A DNA stretch of 64,000 bases. Origin: Eledone cirrhosa. Lineage: Eukaryota. The stretch lies in the NCBI GenBank assembly GCA_964016885.1, contig OZ024740.1, positions 230,640,001 through 230,704,000 of the forward strand. The letters run 5' to 3'. The position numbers and the translations under genes were made by a program. Every line of letters begins with the position of its first letter. Position 1 is the stretch's first letter. Below, piece by piece: positions 54,453 through 64,000 of the stretch. Under the pieces are notes generated by a model that did not search any database, was not told where the DNA came from, and saw only the letters and a program-made list of their open reading frames with translations.

Positions 54453-55045
54453 GAAGAAAAATATTAGCAACATTCCTTCTTCTTAATACATTGATTTGCA
54501 ATCATCACTATCATCATCATCACTCATACACACCAAACAGGCTTTAGAATAAATAAAAAGAAAATAGTAAAAATCTGTGCCATATCAAAACCATTTAATG
54601 ATTAAGTATTACTCATGTTTTCTCATGGAGCCTTTATAGCTCATCTCACTCAAAGACCCATGAAAGGAATTGACAGGATAGAGTTCTATGCCAATCAATT
54701 TCTATGGAATACTGTCTGCTGATTATTGCACTTCTGACTATATAGCAACCTTGAAACTGTGTGCCACTTATTAGCTGTTTCCTTCTTAAAAGCAATAAGT
54801 TAGTTTCAGCAGTAAGATGCTTTAGCAGTGGGCGAGTGAGTGATTTTTATTTTTTATTTTATTTTTTTTTCAATATTCAGCATTAAGCATGTTTGCTTTT
54901 AAATGCAAGTGACTGGTTGTGTTTTTCAATATAATGGCAATAAGAGAAATATTGGAGGTGGGGGTAGGGAGGTGAAGGAGGCTTCTATGGGTCTGATCCA
55001 GTTTTGGGGGAATATTGATATTTCTGAATCTTTAGATTGGATGCT

Positions 55046-55724
55046 TTAACCATTTAGTTACTAGCTCAGCCAAAACTGGCTCTGGTTCTATCAAATAAAG
55101 TCACTCGTTTTAAAGGTTTACAATTTATATTAAAATCTTCCAACATAATTTAATATAAGACCCTTACATTAAGTTACTATCTTAGTAATGAAATAATTAA
55201 TAATGTTAGTAAATCCCTCAAAATTCTTCATTAATTAATTGAAATAGTGTGTATTTCATTGGAAATATGGCCATGAATGGGTTAACCTTTTTCCATACCA
55301 AACAGCCTGAAGCGGTCTCTGGTTCTATGATACAAAACTGTTTATTCTAAAGTGTTTTTATTTATCTATCATAATTTTATGTGAGAACCTTTATTAAGTT
55401 ACACTCTAAACATTAGCTTAATAATGAGAAAGTTAGTTATATTACTAAATCATTCCAAATTTTTTTTATTATTTTCAAAACTATTTGTAAATCACAGGCA
55501 GTATTTTTCATTAAGAACCAAGGGATTAATGTTAAACAGTTTATATTTATCTAAAAAAAAAAAAACTTCCATCATAATCTTATGTAAGAATCTTTGTTAT
55601 TTTCCAAACACCAGCTTAATAATTAGAAAGTTAGTTATATGACTAAATCTCTCCATATTTTTGATTATTTTCAAAATCATTTGCAAATCATGGCAGTTTA
55701 TTTCATTATGAATAAAAGGGTTAA
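55046..55724. mobile_element. Two adjacent piggyBac-like MITEs sharing one TTAA (55282-55285)
   Basis: TTAA-CCA...GGG-TTAA-CCT...GGG-TTAA. Confidence 0.7.
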
Positions 55725-55887
55725 GTCTTGTGTATTATTTTGAATACAAAACATTAACTATTCAAATTGCAGGTTAAATAAAAGGCGTCGTAGGGGTTGT
55801 GTATGTATAGACATGTGTTATGTATGTGTGGGATTATGTTATGTACGCATAAACATGTGTTATGTATGCGTGAGCTTGTGTTATGTC

Positions 55888-56383
55888 TGTGTGGGCTTGT
55901 GTTGGATGTGTATGAGCTTAATTGTGTATGTGTTTGTATGAGCTTATTTGTGTGTATATGATCATGTATTTGTGTGAGGGAGCTTGTTTATGTGTTGCGT
56001 GTGTGTATGAGACCCGAGAGTATAAGGCTTAGGTTGACTCTAGGTTATGATAAAAGACACTTGCTCAACATGCCAGAGTGTGTTTGAGCCTGAAACCTTA
56101 TGATTGTCAAGTGAATTTCACCATTCTACAAGAGAAAATACCATTAACTGAAATGTTCCAATGTTTTTTATACCATCTCAAGAGGAGAGCTCGCATGTTG
56201 AGCAAGTGTCTTTTATCAAAACCTTGAGTCAACCTAAGCCTTATACTCTCGGGTCTCATACACACACGCAACACATAAACAAGCTCCCTCACACAAATAC
56301 ATGTTCATATACACACAAGTAATCTCATACAAACACATACATACACAATTAAGCTCATGCACATCTAACACAAGCCCACACAG
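55888..56383. repeat. About 190-bp inverted duplication
   Basis: 55888-56073 versus 56193-56383. Confidence 0.9.
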
Positions 56384-58891
56384 TTATGTTTAAATGTAAC
56401 ATGCTACATGAAGATTTGTGGAAAATAAGAAAGAACATGGAATATATTCTCTTAGTTATAGGACAGCATACATTCAATAAATACACTTACAAGAAATAAT
56501 GTTATTGTGCAAGCTGGCAAGAGAGACCTAAAGCTTCAGTTTTCTATTGAATGGAAGTGCAATGGGATTTACACAAACTCTAGAGAGCTGAGTTATATCT
56601 AGTTTGATATCTTATTCTAGATTCAAATCCCATTAGGTGGTAGTAGTAAAGTATCATTGTATTTTCTCTGACTTGGAGATGGATAAAATATATCCTATCA
56701 ATAATATTATATTGCAATTGATTCAGTTTATTATATTGCAATTGATTCATTGTATTGAGTTTAAATCCCACTACAAGTTAGCTTTGTCTTTTGTCTGTTT
56801 CTAAAACTAGTGAAATGCACTTAGTCTATGCTTTAAAATAATTAATTGTTGATAGTCTTGCTAGCTCTCCTCTTGAGATGGTATAAAAAAATCCCATCAA
56901 GTCAGACAGTTAAAAACATGGATTAATGCAATCAACTTGCATCTTGTATTAATGTCTGATCCTTGCATATATGTGAAAGTATGTAGCCTAGTGAATATGT
57001 TGAACTCACAATCATAAGATCATGGGTTTGATTCCTGGACTGGAGGAGGAGATGCATTATGTTCTTGAGCATGTTGCTGTTCATGGTAGGATTGGGGGGT
57101 CACTACCATTAAAACACCAGAGAAACTACCTGTGAAATGTAAATTTGTAAGAAGCCAGCTAAACCAGCATTAGCTGTGAGCTGCACATGTCATTTCATTT
57201 CATTACTTGTATATATGGTGTCTGTTGCTGGAATCATAGCTGGCTGACAAACTCAGTGCCAGATGGCACGGACAGGTTTTGTTTGCAATGCTATGAAGTG
57301 AATCCCTTGGTTGAACTCAGCTCAACCCATTCCAAGTGAACAGCAACTTATGTAAAAGTAACTTAGGAAGAGCATCCAGCTATAAAACCCATACCAAAAA
57401 TGAAATTAGTTCAGCAGCAACAGAGTTGGTCAGTTTTTCTGTTTTGCTGTGTATCAAATGACAAAGACTGTACCAAGTGATGACATAGAGACTTGTCCAA
57501 CCCATCATGTGTGTTGTGTGCATTGAATTTCTGTTAATTAACATGCAGGAGGCAAAGCATTCCACAGACATGTGCACCCATAATGTAATTCTCAGGGAGA
57601 TTCAGCATAACATGGTTTAATAAGGCAGGTCCTTTGAATTATAGGTACAACATATTGTTTCTAGCTGAGTGGACTGGACCAACATGAAATAAAATGTCTT
57701 TCCCAAGGACACAAAACACACCACCAGGAATTGAACTTACAACCTTATGATCATGAGCTAAACCACTAAACTGCGAGGAACGACTGAAAAGTTCATAGGG
57801 AGCCAATGAAGGGGTGATTCTAGAGCTGTGAAATCTTGCATTAATTTCAACTCTTCTTATTAACTGCCATGTTTCTTTCTAAGGACTATGTTGAAAAATA
57901 AACATAATTTAGTCATTCCATGAGAGCACATTTGGAAACCATACAAAAATGAGAAAATGTAGATAAAATGGTGATGATGATGAGTATATACTGCAGTCAA
58001 GTCACTCATTCACCTATAACCAATAACCAATAACCATCTATCTCTTTACATACATTCATAGTAATGTATCCAGTTACATGAGATCAATATTTTCTAATAA
58101 ATGGCTGTATTAAGTATTTGTTATTTTCACTATATTCGTAATGTCTCCTAGAAATGTCATAAATAGATGTATGCCTCAATGGGTGATTAGCTGTATTGAC
58201 TTTAGAAAAGAGAGGTTGGTTGGTGGAGAGGAACACCCAAGGTAAACAACTACAACTGAAGACTTAAAAGATATCAGATTAAGATCTTGAATTGCCAGAA
58301 GCCTATCATCTTCAATATTATTGTACTCAACTTGACTTCTGATGTGAGTCAGTTTTTTTCCTTCTATCTTCTAAGAACTTCTTGTAGTAGTAGTAGTAGT
58401 AGTAATATAAATATATTTGTTGCACTAATACCGATGTACCATTTTTGATGGTGTGTAAGGCTCACTTTGTTTTTAACCATTTTTTTTTACCAATTCCCCA
58501 GAAACTGATTCTCTTTTATAATAGAAAGCTGTTTATTTTAAGGCGTTTATATTTATCTAAGAACTTTCCATCATAATTTTTTGTAAGAACATTTGCTAAG
58601 TTATGTTTCAAACACCAACCTGATAAAAAGAAAGTGTGTTATTTTAAGTGTGGTGAGTATGACTACACCCCTGAAAACATGATCAAAACCAAACAGAAAG
58701 TGATGGAGGTCAACCAGGGAAGGCCCTGGATTGGACTGGATGGAAGTTATATTTAAAAAATCCCTCCACAAATTATATTTGAAAAAGTGAGCTGCATGGC
58801 TAAGAGCATACACAATGACTAAAAAATGGTGGGCGAAGACAACGGAAAAATGGACGAAACACAGGACAGTCCCTTCTCATTGGTCAACTGC

Positions 58892-58925
<34 letters not shown>

Positions 58926-59020
58926 CATATTCATACATACATGTGACTCCCAGGTTCAATCAGACGTAACCACAGTTAGTAAGGTACTCAATGCATTAGT
59001 AGAGTGTAAACATCAAGTCT

Positions 59021-59131
59021 AATATAGAACTGGCTTCTACAGGACTAGAACTATTTCATTCAAAAGATATCATTCCTGATGATTTCTTTTGAATGAAACA
59101 GTCCTAGTCCTGTAGATGTTTTTTCTATATT
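59021..59131 (+). mobile_element. Fold-back element whose apex coincides with a hammerhead core
   Basis: CTGATGA (59076-82)-TTTCTTTTGAAT-GAAA-CAGTCCTAG-TC; about 53-bp arms. Confidence 0.75.
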
Positions 59132-59271
59132 AAACTTTATATATATATATATATATAATAAATGAAACAAAGCAATGAAACAGGTAATATTACAGTTATA
59201 TTAGGTTTATTCTTGGAGGAAGTGGAGGAGGTTTCAACGTTTTGGGGGGCACATACATATATATATAATTA

Positions 59272-59586
59272 TACAGTAAGTCTCCACCTTATGAACTTCT
59301 GCAGATACAGTCACACAAAGGAAAAAATTTTGTCTGAGTTTGAAACTCGTATTATTGTGATCTCTTTTGGGCCCTGGGTTCGTACTTTTGCTGCATAAAA
59401 AAGGGCTCCTTCTTTTGCAGCATAACGACAAACCAAAATCGTACTTACGCAATGGGGTACCATTCTGCTTTTGCAGAATTGAAAAAGTACTTTTTTCTTT
59501 AACAATTTATTGTCATTAGCTTTACAGTATTTAGATTCATTATTACATGTTATATATACCTCTATATACTGTGTATATATATAATA

Positions 59587-59617
<31 letters not shown>

Positions 59618-59750
59618 TTACTCATATGAAAACCTGCAGTATCAATGTATTTACTGGTACATACTGTGTTAGATGATTAACTTACGAACAAATCAGCTAC
59701 CAAACAGCTTCTTGTCACATAACTCGTTTGTAAGTTGGGGGCTTACTGTG
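59272..59750. mobile_element. pogo/Tigger-like MITE
   Basis: TA-CAGTAAGTCTCCACCTTATGAAC / GTTTGTAAGTTGGGGGCTTACTG. Confidence 0.65.
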
Positions 59751-60307
59751 TGTGTGTATATATATCATCATCATCATTTTACGTCCGCTTTTCCCTGCTT
59801 GGAAGGGTGGGACGAGAACTGATTCTGGCATTATTTCTACAGCTGGATGCCCTTCCTAACATCAACCTCATTTACAATGAGTGCTGGGTGCTTTTTTTAC
59901 GTGGCACCTACACGACCACTTTGCAGTGGAATGATAGGGACCCCAGTCCCTATCATCTCATTTCTACAGCTGAGTAAACTGGAGCAATGTGAAATAAAGT
60001 GTCAACCTTTCGATTGCAAGGCCAATGCTCTAACCATATATATATGTCAGAATGGCTTACTCATTAAATTAACGTGTAAGTGGCTGAGCGTTCCACAGAC
60101 AAGTGTAACCTGCGCAACTTTTAGGGAAATTCAACAGGTACAATCCATCCAATGGATTTCGAGACAGTTAATTTTTGTCATTCACAAGACTTGGGTCAAT
60201 CAAGGTTATGGTAAAAGATGGCATGCGGTGGGACTGAATGCAGGACTTCATGGTTATGAAGCAAACTTTCACTGTTCAGCCATATTACATACACACACAC
60301 ACGCATA

Positions 60308-60628
60308 TATAGTTGTCCCCCGGTATTCGCGGATCTTACATTCCTAGAGCACCCGCAAAGCGTGAAAAACCGCAAATATTGAACGTGGTCCATAAAAATG
60401 CCTATAAACGTCAAAACATAACGTAAAATATAGGCCGGCAAATACGGTATATTGTTATTAATAATTTAGTGTTAAAAAGCGTAAAAAAATATATATTGCC
60501 GTTAAAAAAATGGCAGGAGTTATTTACGATTCCGCTGAGATGCGGTGGTTTCCATGTACAATTATTAGTTAGGTTCTAAGGAAAATTCCGCAAATAACTG
60601 GGACCATGAATGCTGGGGGAACACTGTA
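60308..60628. mobile_element. pogo/Tigger-like MITE
   Basis: TAGTTGTCCCCCGGTATTCGCGG / CCATGAATGCTGGGGGAACACTG-TA. Confidence 0.65.
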
Positions 60629-61015
60629 TATATATATATAATTGTTTCTACTTTAGGCACAAGGCCAGCAATTACCCAGTACATTATTTTATCGACCCCG
60701 TAAGGATGAAAGGCAAAGTTAACCTCGGCGGGATTTGAACTCAGACTGTAAAGGGACGTAACTATGCTGGAAAGCATGGCGTCCGACCCTCTACCGATAC
60801 TGCCAATTCACCGCCCTATATATATATACAACTATTATATACATGCACACGTACACACACATATATATCAATGTTTAACGTCCACTTTCCCTACTAGCAA
60901 ATCATCTGTGTGTGCAAAACAGGTTTTTTTCCTCTCTCTTTTTTCTCTATTTTCCTTTTTTTTCCCTATTGTCTGTCTTCCTTCTCTCTCCAAAAATCTT
61001 CTCTTTTCTCTGAAC

Positions 61016-61057
61016 CTACCTTCCGATGAAGGACTAGTATCTGAAACGTTAAGATAG
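61016..61057 (+). ncRNA. Minimal hammerhead motif
   Basis: CTACCTT-CCGATGA-AGGACTAGTATCT-GAAA-CG-TT^AAGATAG. Confidence 0.6.
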
Positions 61058-61884
61058 CTTTGTCACATTTTATAAACATCATACTAATATACCATTATTG
61101 TAATGTGTTATTCTCTGATAGAAGTCCCCCCCTCCACCCTTGTTTTTGACAAATATATATATATATATATACGTGCACACACATGTACATTATATAATAT
61201 AGGTATTTATAGGTATAATTATATAGCCATATGTGGAGATGGTTACTATGTTTATTATCTAAATAATTGTCTAAAGATTGCATAGTCTGAAAAGATTGAA
61301 GTATATTCCGTTGGCAGTTGCTTTTAAATGATATTTTTTAATTTTTTTTATTTTATTGCCATGTGCAATTGAAATTGTTTTAAAAAAAGATTTCTTATCC
61401 GTGAATGATTGATAGCTAGTTCTTTTAAATACACCATTTACAGACTTAAAGATCTATTTGTAAAAATGTATTTCGTCTAAAGAAACTTAATTCATCATTA
61501 TTATTGTCACTGGCCCTGCCATCATCAGCAATAATCTTCCACAGCCAATACCAGCACAAGCCAATCTTACTGTTTGTCATATGAGCCAATCAGAAAACCT
61601 CTATATGCTTGCTTGATCTGCTAGAAATAATAACCAAATCTCACTCAAATCATACACAGTCTTAACCCTTTTTGTTACCATATTCCTAATGATATGTATA
61701 GTATTTGTAACAAACATAACAAATGGTTCTCATAATTCACTGCCAATTTGTACATGGTGGATCTAACCACAAATCCACTTCACCTGGAAGCAATATACAC
61801 TATAACCTTCAACCCTCACATGAATCCTATAGATCTTCATATTCTATGTACTTTCTTTCATAAGCCCACTCCATATTTTCAGAA

Positions 61885-62150
61885 GGAGTGACATGACAAA
61901 AAGCACCCAGCCCACACTGTAAAGCGATTGTGTTGGTGATATGACAAAAAACACTCAGCCCACACTATAAAGTGGTCATGTAGTTGACATGACAAAAAGT
62001 GCCAAGTCCACACTGTAAAGTGATCATGTAGGTATCATGTCAAAAAGGGTTCACCCCAAACTGTAAAGTGGTTGTTTTTGTGTCATAACAAAAAGTGCCC
62101 GGTCCACACTGTAAAGTGGTTGTTTTGGTGTCACAACAAAAAGCACCCAA
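61885..62150 (+). repeat. About 40-bp tandem repeats from the RTE 3' UTR
   Basis: CACACTGTAAAGTGGT...GACAAAAAGCACCCAG, about 6 units; similar arrays near 5100-5215 and 44385-44545. Confidence 0.75.
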
Positions 62151-62854
62151 CAATATATTTTTCAAACCGACCCCTCTACCTAAGGCCTGAACACGTCCCT
62201 TATTAACCCGCTCGAAGGACGATGCGAGATAGTTCGTTTTGGTTTTCTCATCATTTTGCAGTTTCAGTTTCAGTGGTCTTATTCGGGCAGTTACCAATCT
62301 GGTACTTTGTCAAACTCGTGAAGACTAGGCTTTTTTTAGAGGCGGCCTTTACTCGCCTCATCACAGCTACATCACTGGGTTGTGAGAGTTTTCTTGGGAG
62401 CTACAGGTGTCACCCATAGCTCGCACTCACCTAATAGTTTACCCCTGTTGGTCCATGGTTGCTTGTTTGTCCAGCAATTACCCATTTATATTGCAACTAG
62501 TCATCATATCTGGTGGCTATATCACTATCCGCCAGCTGCGACCTGTCCTCTAGCAGAACAACTCTGGTAAAAAAAAAAAAAAAAATGTTCTTCTGCAAAA
62601 CACTTTATTTCATGTTACTCCATTCCACTCAGCTGTGAAAAAACAAGTTGTGATAACTCTGGTGCCAAGCTGTACCTGTCTTTGCTTTTCTTTTGGTCAA
62701 CATTGGTGGCATGGGGGAGAGGAGACTTGCATATACATAGGAAACTGCTTGTCATCCACAAAACACCCTGCCCAGGTTGGTGTCACCAAGAGGTACTTTC
62801 TGGCCATGAAATTATGGTCAGTTATGACTGAATGGGGCCTTTAATTATATATAT

Positions 62855-62985
62855 ATATTGTTATACTTGGGGAGGGTCATATTTGTGTAATATTGCCAGA
62901 ATTAATAATGACCCTCCCCAAGTATAACAATATTTATTTCGACACGATTTCATATAAAAAACCTCGCAAAACTAATTCATCGCCG

Positions 62986-62987
<2 letters not shown>
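62855..62987 (+). mobile_element. Short fold-back version of the 15403-15810 element
   Basis: ATATTGTTATACTTGGGGAGGGTCAT / ATGACCCTCCCCAAGTATAACAATAT plus shared tail ...CTAATTCATCGCCGTTA; (TA)n flanks. Confidence 0.8.
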
Positions 62988-63039
<52 letters not shown>

Positions 63040-63396
63040 CACGCTGTAATGTGGCCGTGTAGGCAACACGGTAAAAACCTCCCAGCCCCACACTGTAAAT
63101 GTGGTTGGTGTTAGGAAGGGCATCCAGCTGTAGAAAACCTGCCAGACAGTCCTATGCGAGCAAGACAACCATTCTTGCCTCAAGTGGGAAAACTCCTGTC
63201 CAAACCCATGCAAGCGTGGAACATGGACGTTAAACGATGATGATGATGATAGACCCAAGACTGTTAATTGTACATTTAACTGATCAACATATATTTTGCC
63301 AGGTTACATTAGAACATGCAATATGTATATATTACTCTGTGAAAAACATACAGTGATTGGATCATGCCCAACAGATTAACTCCAGATGCTCTACAC

Positions 63397-63830
63397 CATT
63401 GGTTCCCAACCAGGGGGCCATGGCCCACCAGTGGGCCATAGCAAGTTATTGGGGGAGCCATGGGAATTAACATAAAATCACAAAATTTCATACATAAAAA
63501 AGAAGAGTAGTTTCCTAACATAATTTTTTCTTTTTCTTGCTTCAAATTTTTATATTCAACTTTTTATCAACTTTCTACCTTTTCTAATTATGATTTTACT
63601 TCACTTGATAATTATTTAAATCTGGATATAACAATTTATGTTTTAGTAAAGAAACTTATTTTTTCAACAGGATACATATTTATTTTAAATTATTAGATTG
63701 AAATAAAAAGACATGCCGAAATTATTTCTACATAAAAAAATTATATCAAAAATTTTAATTTTTTTGTGGGGCCATACTGTTTTGCTATATCATTAAGGTG
63801 GAATTTATTATAAAAGGTTGGGAACCGCTG
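63397..63830. mobile_element. hAT (Charlie-like) MITE
   Basis: TIR CATTGGTTCCCAACC / GGTTGGGAACCGCTG; perfect 8-bp TSD CTCTACAC. Confidence 0.9.
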
Positions 63831-64000
63831 CTCTACACCCTTCGCACCTGTTCTACACCCTTTGCACCTGTTCATTATCAACTCACATCAAGCTTAAACT
63901 GTACTGTGCTAAACATAGTTATCTTAACTTGTCTAAACTTTTATATATGTATATATATATGTGTCTTTGGTACTGTACAGAATAATACATATAAAAGAAA

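Overview
AT-rich animal genomic DNA, dense in (TA)n/(CA)n/(CT)n microsatellites. The repeat set (RTE LINEs with (GAT)n tails, CORE-type and other tRNA-derived SINEs) suggests a cephalopod such as Octopus; this is inference only. No host exon can be supported, and the window reads as intron or intergenic DNA built from transposon debris: a near-full but disabled RTE LINE (about 16.35-20.58 kb), other RTE pieces, a decayed Dong/R4-like LINE, two 5'-truncated Penelope-like elements (PLEs; RT plus GIY-YIG), mariner and Helitron fragments, mariner/pogo/piggyBac/hAT MITEs and two minisatellites. The most striking signal is non-coding. About a dozen minimal type-I hammerhead ribozyme (HHR) motifs from several sequence families occur here, most with a self-complementary stem III. 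Many sit in short fold-back palindromes with an asymmetric 3' tail, inserted in (TA)n tracts and stacked in clusters (13.6-15.8 kb, 23.4-24.35 kb). One palindrome is a miniature copy of the 3' terminus of a coding PLE in this window, and several fold back at or inside the ribozyme. All motifs were read by eye, and activity is untested.
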